From Nitrospirota bacterium (lineage in GTDB: Bacteria; UBA9089; CG2-30-40-21; SBAY01), in NCBI GenBank assembly GCA_043816605.1, contig JBDRHR010000173.1:1-48895 (forward strand): a DNA stretch of 48,895 bases. Reading direction: 5' to 3'. Numbering within the stretch: position 1 is the first letter of the stretch; each line of letters begins with the position of its first letter. The position numbers and the translations under genes were made by a program. The notes beneath the pieces were generated by a model. The model was not told the origin of the DNA. It worked only from the letters and a program-made list of their open reading frames with translations, and ran no database searches. Below, one piece after another: positions 13,201 through 18,694 of this stretch.

Positions 13201-14208
13201 AGCAGAAACAACATTGGATAAGTCCGACCAATTACCCGCCTTATCACGGGTTTTAATTGCCAGATAGTAAAGTGTATTGGGTGAAAGCGTTGGGACTTGA
13301 AATTCCTGTTGAGTTCCGGCAAGTAAAGGTGCGGGTTCTCCTTGAACCTGGAAGGCATTCCCAAAATTACCTTCAGTTATTGGTGATAATGACCATCGAA
13401 TATCGTATAAAAATGCCTGTCCCTGATTTCCATCATCGCCTGGTGTAATCCATTTTAAGGTAATTGAATTAGAGGTAACTTGTTTGATTTCAAGGGTATT
13501 AATACTTGAGGGTTTGATATGGTCGGTAGAAAGGATTATATCCGGTGCGGGTGAGTCCTGGTTAGTATCCACGGTTAAGGTAGCAGTCCCATCTTTTGAG
13601 CCCTGGGCAAATAAAACAAGGTTATCTCCACCATTGACAGAATAGTCAAAAAATCCACTCAGGTCGTGCGTCCTCAGGTTAACCAGGTTTTCTGACCAAT
13701 AACCATTAGCGTCAACCAGAACAGACCAAACCGCAGATTCCCCAGGACTACCGTTTGAATCCGCATTACTAAGTTTAAAATAAACAATTGTTCCTGTAGC
13801 AAAAGTTTGGGCATCTGATTTAAATACCTTCCCGTAGGCATAATCAATTCCGGAAGGTTTAATATTTGCTCCAGTCATACACTGATAATACACACCATTA
13901 TTGTTATCAACTATAGCTCCTGAGACTAACTCAAAATAATATAAGGTTTCAGGGCTTAATCCGGTGATATTTACATAATGTGTGTCGTCAACCGTGTTTT
14001 GACCACGCACATCATAAGCGGTTTGCCCTAAGGCAGGGGTTTGTCCATAATGGACCGCACAGGTTTCCTGAACATCTGTTATCCAGGACAGAGTAATCTG
14101 GCTATCCGTAACATTTGTTGTTCGTATCTCCTTAGGAATACTTGCCTCCGTTATGCAGGTTATTCCAAAGGTAATTATAAATATGCCGGCAAAAAAACTT
14201 TTCTTCAT
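1222..14208 (-). CDS. giant secreted modular surface protein (4,328 aa) with FN3-type domains, a ~120-aa repeat array and a T9SS-type C-terminal domain
   Basis: Uninterrupted 12,987-nt ORF. AGGAAG Shine-Dalgarno about 6 nt before the ATG. Signal peptide MKKSFFAGIFIITFGITCITEA. Coherent repeated domain architecture throughout. C-terminus matches the Por secretion tail pattern. Confidence 0.95.
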   Translation of the reverse strand: MKKSFFAGIFIITFGITCITEASIPKEIRTTNVTDSQITLSWITDVQETCAVHYGQTPALGQTAYDVRGQNTVDDTHYVNITGLSPETLYYFELVSGAIVDNNNGVYYQCMTGANIKPSGIDYAYGKVFKSDAQTFATGTIVYFKLSNADSNGSPGESAVWSVLVDANGYWSENLVNLRTHDLSGFFDYSVNGGDNLVLFAQGSKDGTATLTVDTNQDSPAPDIILSTDHIKPSSINTLEIKQVTSNSITLKWITPGDDGNQGQAFLYDIRWSLSPITEGNFGNAFQVQGEPAPLLAGTQQEFQVPTLSPNTLYYLAIKTRDKAGNWSDLSNVVSAKTSPAPNSMLSWTGENNFVKDSLRLDLGTSGTNFVYMVKYTHPQNLPPPKGEPKIILYKGATSLGTYSTTYVKGSFTTGAIYTYSKVFQENGEYSYQFYTQGAEGEPTSLTKGPIVADIDNGVRVTNQTDSQFTVSWITSSSVTGYVKYGINAQAVNMKWDDDRGAGFSGRTHHVTVKGLSPETVYYFDVVSGGITDDNSGNHYTLRTGKSFISSGSDIVYGAVLKQGGQSVAKDALVYLELKDNDGQGSLLTSAPASALVQENGYWMADLVNFRTIDLASQFNYSSTTDELYLFVQGVEEGIGSEIVLTANDSPALPIELCRDVIAPASITTLQVIKAGVGSITLKWQATGDDKNLGIASIYDFRYAQFSWTETLWGMTQEIKLEPVPLSAGNWQELTVEGLSPASTYYFGLKTIDEVWNMSELSGVVEGSTTPEMKHNPTLDWVGEGEYLKDGVYPDSGNIDMAFTFKVKYIDLDNDAPGTSSPGVIIYKDGQSVGTHSMSYVQGTYATGAVYKFSRFLSTPGTYSYRFFATDASGTATVIQQGPIVSGISYCETNITDSQFTISWTSTKQESGTVNYGTNPNSLNQSNFDDRGIGYIDDTHHVTIVGLNVNTLYYYDVLRGGVLDTNTGFHYTVRTGASIIPKPENRLVQGEVYKQGKLEYADGAIVYIQLQDVDKQGDLGTSSWASVLVTEGQWLYNLVNFRTADLQSFFDDYTAAQDNLYLFAEGALEGTDTQTIHPSNGNPAPYMELSRDIIPPGTTTLTATNTTAISTTLFWLSAGDDNRLGTPTMYDIRYSTGVINEDTWVTAKQINNEPISAVAGSFRQVTITGLEPTTLYYLGLKTIDDAGNESVLAIATITTTPHPPPILKWAGEEGCIEDGLEPERGSDETIFTYKVAYFHETNFPPANGFPKLHILKSGNEISGSPYPMQAVVPNDTEYTDGKLYKYLKTFSLPGTYTYCFEAEDTLGVKAKGTPTTPSSGPWVGKIPVLTWTNEQGYKIDGLELEAGNLGATFTYRITFTHPQNIPPAQGYPRVYIYLGTNQIQNSPFSMEEGNLQDTDWIDGKIYTFSIPLNMAGKYYYQFEAKDRDDFIATGEPTQLKTGPIVAKAPVLKWVDAEGYKTEGIEPNTGINTTIFTYKVRYSDEDNIPPDSNYPKLYVLRGGEVVSQTKMSKESGNDYVTGMIYVAKLPLIFASDYYSYYFEAKNTLSVFAIGTPTISQPGPLVTGLNYPPRLLWVGNQGYVSDGLEPETGNFDTAFNYRIKYSDLNADLPKEGYPILYVYKSGVFIGTKTMSYFYGSVTSGAIYGTTYTVKTTGIYQYKFEARDKKDLQCFTSLKSGPIVSNAPILEWLNEPGYISDGLEPEVGTVNLTAFTYKIIYKDVDNDPPHSYYPVVHIFKEGKEISGSPCPMQPINPGDVLYNDGKGYTLTKIFDQAGSFTYQFEAYDYLMIKAMGSPTNISSSPVVRSIPTLTWTYEQGYVNDGLEPEQGDIQTTFTYRVNYTDVDGEPPLPNYPVVHILKGGNEIGAFVLEEVNPQDTDYKDGKLFTYSISFQEIGTYSYFFEGYDASNNKATGAPTFLKNGPSIIGSPILKWAGTQEYTNDGINPGTGTIQNTTFTYKVLYIDPDGNPPANQYPKVYILRGGAPQSPGGQWMYIKEGNDYKTGVTYSFPTTFPIGSKHYAYYFEAKNIKEITAIGEPTLEHDGPLIDGPNFKPTLFWSANSGFISDGIDPDVGTLGTKFIYQIRYQDINGDHPDNNYPLVYIYKNMVLMATVTMNFVSGNFLQGALYSYSTSLPEKNQYQYQFKVKDEEGEEVLFPPSSFMPGPKVSGSPKLEWFGQQGFIDDGLEPEIGIVGTTFTYRIIYFDEDNDPPLAGFPKLQIQKGSQDVLYTQMIEANPQDKEYVDGKVYEYFYPLNLPGTYTYRFEAKNTSGLYAFGSPTIFHSGPTVVSIPSLYWVGVDEFIMDGLNPEVGTPGTKFTFRIIYTDRGNFPPGTGSPKVNIFLNQQPYISFGMQEEDIYDDYYTDGKIYRIAFSLPSGSYTYKFEAENIYAAKATGQPTQWEQSGPRVSNAPILNWTLEYQTCGVKPDTGTKDTLFTYKVEYKDMDNNPPGPLYPRVYILWNSINISGSPFKMDEASPEDNNYIDGKEYKFSTCLSHSINYTYKFEAKDTYGVQAIGTPTQWQTGPIVNNFPVLIWAGSAGYTEDGVEPNVGTTGTEFTFLIKYKDIDDDPPGTSSPKVHIFKAGSSINGSPFAMTLVNPGGSFITGKLYKSSIVFVETGSYSYRFEAEDIEGSQAIEEHVNVLDGPKVNSVPTLSWVGEGDYANSGVSPSLGTIGTEFIYKINYTDFDNDPPLEGFPKVDIFLNNVKITGSPFKMDEVNPQDITYTDGKQYKLAKYLPSPGTYSYQFIAQDTTGFFATGEPITKKIGPLFIGEPVLEWIGQEPYLNDGVDPDIGITSGFFTYKVKYSDVNNSPPASGYPKLYILIEGAISPFYPNGVLMRPVAGSDYQKGVIYYTNPTRLPVASTKYTYYFIAKNGQGKVAKGTPTAIQSGPEVTGQNSRPMLMWANQPGYISDGLEPEAGTSGTEFTYLIVYKDLNGDEPYFGYPLLHIYKDTSFIGTYTMEKQYGSFSTGALYRYKITLIEYGIYKYKFEAKDIKKEDCLPSAPTSFKQGPRIGSPPQLQWIGTGSFQSDGLDPETGIAAETIFTYKVKYQDDENDPPTAGYPRVHILKKGVETEDSPIPLEPVNVNDKNYQDGKEYQLFRKLIAASNEYSYYFEAKDAYGIYAAGTPTTAITGPNVTGEPILSWAKDSPGYMSDGLEPEFGTQGTSFVYRISYINSTNDPPGTNSPRLHIFKVGAEIQGSPWTMAQENPQDTNYEDGKLYSCSISLGVGTYTYRFAAESNRGMPATGTPTFIKEGPKVTLAPVLSWVNKPGYITDGLNPEAGSATTSFVYRVLYTDTEPPAAGYPMVHILKANKELDGSPFPMLETLPADTNYADGKEYEYPRVLIATGKDYEYFFEAKDFIGVFAVGEEPITLRPNAPVVTDAPILNWVQEGNYGTDGLHPELGTWGTKFTYKVTYSDANNDLPYQGFPKLHILKAGAEISGSPFAMFEVTQADQNCMDGKDYYFVQTFQATGKDYTYFFEAEDVYGIKASGTPTLQKDAPDVSRTPVLSWSGNPGFIEDGIDPELGTQGTKFTYQVKYEDADNDPPAQNFPKLYIYLGQTPVGSFSMTPINAGIYKYEINLPVGNYSYFFEAKDSYQLQAMGTPTIIKNKPVVTDAPILDWVNEPGFGTDGINPDSGDSATIFTYKINYIDNNNNSPANGYPKVIIYKGTTVLGTYAMGEVSEEDITYTDGKLYYYPLQFAESRFDYKYKFIAKDLPGMDAVGKIQLMDGPPVNNPPTLNWTGELGYTNDGIEPDYGTTKITYTYRIKYVDKDNHPPHTGYPKLYIYSRGTLTNGSPILMNPVVLNDGTYTDGKLYTFSTNFPEGTYSYKFEAKDMYQSAVITSVKPGPSVNDAPSLNWVNQEGFGTDGVNPDPGQTTNKFTYKILYTDVNNLPPAGGYPKIYIYIGGVLIYPGYILTKETEGNYSAGVVYSFHEISLPYASEAYSYYFEAKNSNNVLAIGEPTTLHFGPKVEGQNYPPLLFSTREKEYYSDGVNPDAASPGIFTFHVAYLDMNVNLPASGYPAVVISKGNKPYGLGTYSMTYLNGSHYKGATYSTTITLNATGTYKYKFYAKDIKGAVAVGPFTVLKTGPKVSHAPKLEWAGSPNFQTDGLDPEEGIVNETYFTFKVRYKDEDGDAPGTNYPKIYILDNETPVGNVKMVVESGTDYKTGKIYYYILKLGVISDNYKYYFEAKDTMGVLAIGTPTLKKSGPIVKPKPPASPEITQTLESLEIFNYPNPHSGKTTICAKTNLLNGVSVDMQVTVYNIVGELIWEKWGMEEVDPVSGIADVVWEDKNIASGIYLYRVTVSYNGKTMQKISKMAITR
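1225..1509 (-). other. T9SS type-A-like C-terminal sorting domain (Por secretion tail / FlgD-Ig-like) of the giant protein
   Basis: The last ~95 aa read ..FNYPNPHSGKTTI..VTVYNIVGELIW..WEDKNIASGIYLYRVTVSYNGKTMQKISKMAITR. This fits the YPNPF..IYN..G..V...SGIY.YR....K..K consensus as remembered for TIGR04183-type tails. Confidence 0.7.
1510..10602 (-). repeat. coding tandem array: 25 diverged copies of a ~120-aa domain
   Basis: Recurrent pattern P.L.W.G..GY..DG..P..G...T.FTY.V.Y.D.D.DPP...YP.V.I......GSP..M......D..Y.DGK.Y......G.Y.Y.FEAKD..G..A.G.PT, counted 25 times from about residue 1203 to about residue 4235. Confidence 0.85.
10603..14118 (-). repeat. coding super-repeats: three ~430-aa units
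   Basis: Units start at about residue 31 (TNVTDSQITLSW), 461 (VTNQTDSQFTVSW) and 892 (ETNITDSQFTISW). Each contains a purple-acid-phosphatase-N/FN3-like module, a beta-sandwich-like module, an FN3 module (..GDD.N.G....YDIRYS..) and one ~120-aa domain. Confidence 0.8.
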
Positions 14209-14220
14209 AAGTTCTTCCTG

Positions 14221-14255
14221 AGTATAATTATCAATTAATAATTGTTAATTATACT
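14221..14255. promoter_or_regulatory. 35-bp near-perfect palindrome (operator or 5'-terminal RNA hairpin) ahead of the giant gene
   Basis: agtataattatcaatt-aat-aattgttaattatact. The 16-nt arms match at 15/16 positions. It lies between the predicted -10 and the Shine-Dalgarno sequence. Confidence 0.5.
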
Positions 14256-14257
14256 TT

Positions 14258-14286
14258 ATTATACCACATTTTTCTCGTTTTGGCAA
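14258..14286 (-). promoter_or_regulatory. sigma70 promoter of the giant gene
   Basis: Minus strand reads TTGCCA, a 17-nt spacer, then TGG-TATAAT (extended -10). Located about 45-50 nt upstream of the ATG. Confidence 0.6.
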
Positions 14287-14491
14287 TAGGAAATATGAAT
14301 CAGCAGTAATCGGCATCAGTTGTCTTCGGAGGAAAATTGCTCCGTAGAAGGTGTATTCTGCTTTAGGAAGGGAAGAATAGGGTTGCATCTTGAGTGTTCT
14401 GGAATAAGATAATTTACAAGCAGGACAACACGCGGAACACCTCCCATGTTTTCCTATGTTTCTTATCAATGTCTGACCTCCAAACAACCTT

Positions 14492-15817
14492 CTATTCCAG
14501 CAGTTCTGCGGCGAGTTCGGCTAAAGGAGACCGCTCACCTTTAACTAATGTTATGTGTCCAAATATCTCTGCACCCTTGAATTTCTCTACCAGATATGTC
14601 AAGCCATTACTACTTGAGTCAAGGTAGGGATTATCAATCTGATAATAATCTCCGGTAATGACTATTTTGGTGCCTGCCCCGGCACGGGTAATGATTGTTT
14701 TCATCTCATGCGGAGTGAGGTTTTGTGCCTCATCAACTATCATAAACTGATTGGGTATAGACCTGCCGCGGATGTATGAAAGTGCCTCTAATTCAATTAT
14801 CCCCTGCTCAATTAGTGATTCTAAACTTAGATTTGAAAATTTATCATCCTGATGAGTTGCAAACAGGAATTCGAGATTATCAGAAATAGGTTGCATTCTC
14901 GGCATCAACTTAGCCTCTATATCCCCGGGTAGAAACCCAATATCTTTGCCTACAGGAATAATTGGTCTGGTGACTAATAGTTTTTGATACTGTTTTTCCT
15001 TGATTACCTTTGTTAGTCCGGCGGCAAGGGCTAAAAGTGTTTTCCCTGTCCCAGCAATCCCAACTAAGGTAACAAGCATTAGCTTTTCATCTAAAAGCAT
15101 ATCCAGAGCAAAATGTTGTTCGCGGTTGAGTGCCTTTATCCCCCATAGATTAGGATGAGAGACTTTTAGAGGTAAAATGGTATTGGTTCGTCGGTTATAT
15201 CGTCCCAATGCAGAGTGAGATGGGTTAAATTTATCAATCAGAGTGATATTTTGATTTGCCTCAAAAGCCCCTTCCTCTTCTACCTTTAGTTGCTTTTCTG
15301 CATAGAATTTTTCTATGGTTTCAGTGTCTGTTTCTAAAACAGCCGTGCCGGTATAAAACCTGTCCATATCAACCTTATGCCGCTCATAATTCTGGGCGGA
15401 TAAACCTAAGGCATCTGCTTTTACCCGCAGGGTAATGTCCTTACTGACAACGATGACAGGATTATCCACTGTCTTTTTGGCTTGCCTCGTTAGGGCTAAA
15501 GCCAAGATTTGATTGTCTATCTTTTGAGGGTCTAATCCTTCCGGAAGGATATCAGTAGAAATATGACGGGATATTTCTACTCGTAATAACCCACCATTTT
15601 CCAATCGGACTCCATCAGACAACGGGGCTTTTTGTCTTAATTCATCTAATGTTCTGGCTACACACCGAGAGTTTCTACCAACCTCATCAACCCGCTTTTT
15701 CTGGTCATCCATTTCCTCTATGACTCCTAAAGGTAAAACGACCTCATTGTCTCCAAAGACAAATAAGGCATTTGGGTCATGAAGCAAAACATTAGTATCA
15801 AGAATAAATGTTTTCAT
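14492..15817 (-). CDS. PhoH2-type protein (N-terminal PIN domain fused to a PhoH-like ATPase)
   Basis: PIN start MKTFILDTNVLLHDPNALF. Walker A GIAGTGKTLLALAAG. Walker B IVDEAQN. AAGGAGG Shine-Dalgarno. Confidence 0.9.
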   Translation of the reverse strand: MKTFILDTNVLLHDPNALFVFGDNEVVLPLGVIEEMDDQKKRVDEVGRNSRCVARTLDELRQKAPLSDGVRLENGGLLRVEISRHISTDILPEGLDPQKIDNQILALALTRQAKKTVDNPVIVVSKDITLRVKADALGLSAQNYERHKVDMDRFYTGTAVLETDTETIEKFYAEKQLKVEEEGAFEANQNITLIDKFNPSHSALGRYNRRTNTILPLKVSHPNLWGIKALNREQHFALDMLLDEKLMLVTLVGIAGTGKTLLALAAGLTKVIKEKQYQKLLVTRPIIPVGKDIGFLPGDIEAKLMPRMQPISDNLEFLFATHQDDKFSNLSLESLIEQGIIELEALSYIRGRSIPNQFMIVDEAQNLTPHEMKTIITRAGAGTKIVITGDYYQIDNPYLDSSSNGLTYLVEKFKGAEIFGHITLVKGERSPLAELAAELLE

Positions 15818-15838
15818 TGTATTTCCTCCTTGTTTAGG

Positions 15839-15879
15839 ATTATAGGTCTTATAAGACTTATATGTCCTATAAGACCTAT
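15839..15879 (-). promoter_or_regulatory. palindromic promoter-like element upstream of the PhoH2 gene
   Basis: Minus strand reads ATAGGTCTTATAGGACATATAAGTCTTATAAGACCTATAAT. TATAAT is 28 nt before the ATG. The arms ataggtcttataag / cttataagacctat are complementary. Confidence 0.5.
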
Positions 15880-15892
15880 TCTTTCCTTCTTT

Positions 15893-17287
15893 TCATCGCG
15901 GTCTCTGTCTGACCCTAATCTGAATAGGGGTAGCACTTAATCCAAGCTCAATTCGAATTCGATTCTGTAAATATTTCATATATGAAGTAGTCATTGCTGC
16001 TGGATGATTAACAAATAAAAGAAATGTCGGCGGTGAAGTTTTAACCTGCGTCGCATAATAAATCTTTAAACCCTTACCTTTTAAATTTGGCGGATTCCTT
16101 TTGGAATAAACTAATTTAATTGCCTCGTTTAAGGTAGAGGTAGAGACCCATTTTTTATGTTCTTTGCTTACTTTCTCTATCAAACTTAGTAATCTGCCGA
16201 GCCCTTCCTTTGTCAAGCATGAGGTAAATATAGTTGGAAAATAGCTGATATAAGGTATTTTGTCTTGAATATAGTCCTTGTATTCATCCATCAATAAGGC
16301 AGGTTTCAACGAGGCAAGCCTCTCTTGGTGTTTTTTAGCGGTGACTAAATCCCATTTATTGACAATGATAATTCCGGCACAACCTGTTTTTTCCATATAT
16401 GCCACAATCTTTTTATCCTGTGTAGAAATCTTTTCTATCGCATCAATGACAAGCAGTACCACAGATGCCCGCTCTATGCTTTTGATAGCCCTGAGAACAC
16501 TATAATATTCTAATGATTCTGTTACCTTGTTTTTCTTACGGATTCCGGCAGTATCAATAAACAGGAATTGCGTACTGCCTTTTTCAAACAAGGTATCTAT
16601 GGCATCCCTTGTTGTTCCGGGGACATCATCTACAATGACGCGTTCTTGTCCTAAAATAGCATTTAAAATAGAGGATTTACCAACATTCGGCTTGCCTACA
16701 ATGGCTACTGGAATAGGTGTAATCTCCTGGGATAATATCCTTTCTTCAGGTTGATAGAGCGAAATCAAGGTTAGTATCTTATCTAACAAAGTATCCACAT
16801 TTAGACCATGTACGGCAGAAATTGGGATAGGCTCTCCCATCCCTAATTTATAAAAATCGGATAACGATGCCTCAACAATACAAGCCTCCTGCCCGGCTAA
16901 ATTATCTGTTTTATTGACCACCAGAAGGGTATTTTTTTGTGCTTTCAATAAAAGCCGGGCTACCTCCCTGTCTTCCCATAAAAGCCCTTGTTTTCCATCA
17001 CATAAAAATATTACTAAATCAGCTTCACTAACAGCAGCTTCTGCCTGTTTTTTTATTAAATCAAGCATCTTTTCTTCTAATGGATAACCTATTCCACCGG
17101 TATCAATAAGTATAAATTTATTCCCTGCCCAGGATACATCTCCATAATTTCTATCACGAGTAACTCCGGGGGTAGCGTCAACAATTGCCTTTCTACTGAG
17201 AGTGAGGCGATTAAAAAGGGTTGACTTACCTACATTTGGTCTTCCTACAATAGCGACTACGGGAAGCTTGCTTTGTTGTTGATCCAT
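15893..17287 (-). CDS. der: ribosome-associated GTPase Der (EngA)
   Basis: Two tandem G domains (GRPNVGKSTLFN and GKPNVGKSSILN, each with DTGG/DTAG and NK.D motifs) plus a KH-like C-terminus. Confidence 0.95.
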   Translation of the reverse strand: MDQQQSKLPVVAIVGRPNVGKSTLFNRLTLSRKAIVDATPGVTRDRNYGDVSWAGNKFILIDTGGIGYPLEEKMLDLIKKQAEAAVSEADLVIFLCDGKQGLLWEDREVARLLLKAQKNTLLVVNKTDNLAGQEACIVEASLSDFYKLGMGEPIPISAVHGLNVDTLLDKILTLISLYQPEERILSQEITPIPVAIVGKPNVGKSSILNAILGQERVIVDDVPGTTRDAIDTLFEKGSTQFLFIDTAGIRKKNKVTESLEYYSVLRAIKSIERASVVLLVIDAIEKISTQDKKIVAYMEKTGCAGIIIVNKWDLVTAKKHQERLASLKPALLMDEYKDYIQDKIPYISYFPTIFTSCLTKEGLGRLLSLIEKVSKEHKKWVSTSTLNEAIKLVYSKRNPPNLKGKGLKIYYATQVKTSPPTFLLFVNHPAAMTTSYMKYLQNRIRIELGLSATPIQIRVRQRPR

Positions 17288-17322
17288 TTCATTCTATCCT
17301 TTTATAGGTCATAGAGGACTTA

Positions 17323-17526
17323 TATAGTGAACGACAGAATAAAGTTACCACAAAAATAATATCAAATATCAAAAAGCAAATATTAAAGATACATATCAAA
17401 ATGTAAAAATTCACCTTCTACACTTAATTTAAACTCATACTTGATTTTTAATTTGTAATTTTGCATTTTAATATTTGATATTTGATTTTCTTGAATTATG
17501 TCTACTTATTTTTGTCGTTCACTATA
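17323..17526. repeat. long (~200 bp) imperfect hairpin repeat
   Basis: Outer 14-bp perfect stem: tatagtgaacgaca (17323-17336) pairs with tgtcgttcactata (17513-17526). The inner arms are built from the word atatcaaatatcaaaa and its complement. Confidence 0.7.
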
Positions 17527-17555
17527 GGTTGTGACCACTACCTATAATCTACTAC

Positions 17556-18431
17556 CTACCGGTACACCTCTGTCCCCTCTGTTTGCGTTAATTCATGGAA
17601 TTGGGCTCTAATTTTCAAAGTAAGTTTTCCTAAATTACCATTGCCAATGCTCCGATTATCAATTTTAGTCACCGGGATTATCTCTGCCCCTGTGCCGGTC
17701 AGGAAGCATTCATCGGCGGTATAAAGGTCAAATCGAGTCATAACAGCTTCTTTTACTTCAACACCTAACTCTTTACCTATCTTCATGACGGTATCTCGTG
17801 TAATTCCCTCTAATACTCCTACCCATAAAGGCGGGGTAAGGAGTGTATTGTTTTTAACAACAAAAATATTATCGCCGGAGCCTTCTGTCACATATCCTTG
17901 CGCATTTAACATAATTGCCTCCAATACACCGGCATTATTAGCCTCAATCTTAGCCATAATACAATTGAGATAATTTAGGGTTTTACTACATGGGCTTAAA
18001 GTATCCTGACTGTTCTTACGGGTAGGCACGGTAACCAATTCTAAACCATTTTCATAATATTCCTTTGGGTAAAGTTCTATTTTATCGACAATGATAATGA
18101 TAGAAGGATTAGGGCATTTTCTTGGGTCTAACCCTAAATCGCCTACCCCTCGTGTTACTATTAACCTGATGTATGCCTCCCTTAATTCATTCGCCTGAAT
18201 AGTCTCACTTACCGCTTTAGTCAATTCTTCTTTAGTTAACGGTAGATTGAGCATAATATATTTAGCCGAGCGGAATAGTCTATCCAGATGCTCGCTTAAT
18301 TTAAATACCCGACCGTTATAAACTCTAATGCCTTCAAAGACCCCATCGCCGTATAATAATCCATGGTCAAAGACCGAAATCTTTGCCTCTTCCTTTTCAT
18401 AAAGTTTGCCATCAATATAAATTAACCCCAT
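17556..18431 (-). CDS. ilvE: branched-chain amino acid aminotransferase (class IV PLP fold)
   Basis: 291 aa. N-terminus reads ..ISVFDHGLLYGDGVFEGIRVYNGRVFKLSEHLDRL. Also SKTLNYLNCIMAKIEA and GAEIIPV motifs. AGGAGG Shine-Dalgarno. Confidence 0.85.
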   Translation of the reverse strand: MGLIYIDGKLYEKEEAKISVFDHGLLYGDGVFEGIRVYNGRVFKLSEHLDRLFRSAKYIMLNLPLTKEELTKAVSETIQANELREAYIRLIVTRGVGDLGLDPRKCPNPSIIIIVDKIELYPKEYYENGLELVTVPTRKNSQDTLSPCSKTLNYLNCIMAKIEANNAGVLEAIMLNAQGYVTEGSGDNIFVVKNNTLLTPPLWVGVLEGITRDTVMKIGKELGVEVKEAVMTRFDLYTADECFLTGTGAEIIPVTKIDNRSIGNGNLGKLTLKIRAQFHELTQTEGTEVYR

Positions 18432-18447
18432 TTTTGTACCTCCTATT

Positions 18448-18539
18448 GGAATTAAAAATTATGAATTATGAATTAAAAATTTAGGAAGAAGCTGCAATCC
18501 GCTTAACTTTTAATTTTTAATTCATAATTTTTAATTTCC
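18448..18539. repeat. word-built hairpin repeat
   Basis: Left arm ggaattaaaaattatgaattatgaattaaaaatt is complementary to right arm acttttaatttttaattcataatttttaatttcc. Confidence 0.7.
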
Positions 18540-18694
18540 TTTTTGCTGATATCTGATTACTGAATGCTTACCTATTGCAAAGTTATTGTATCTCACTAAG
18601 GCTGTTTTGTCAAGGAAAATTTCTTGCTATCCGTAATGCCTCAGTTAAGAGATGGAGAGTCGTCAGATGAGAAAGATAGCGACCGACGCAATTA

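Noticed and set aside
1198-14238. About 15 plus- and minus-strand ORFs of 60-118 aa from the track lying inside the giant gene (for example 1298..1495, 1873..2148, 2272..2628, 2863..3120, 4428..4670, 10905..11210 and 13131..13364).
   Set aside because: All are embedded in, or antisense to, a 12,987-nt ORF with coherent repeated domain structure. Their translations are low-complexity, with no Shine-Dalgarno or family motifs. They are best explained as chance ORFs.
14245-14487. 80-aa minus-strand ORF between the PhoH2 gene and the giant gene.
   Set aside because: It spans the predicted promoter and palindrome of the giant gene. It has no Shine-Dalgarno sequence, and its Cys/Arg-rich composition looks non-protein-like.
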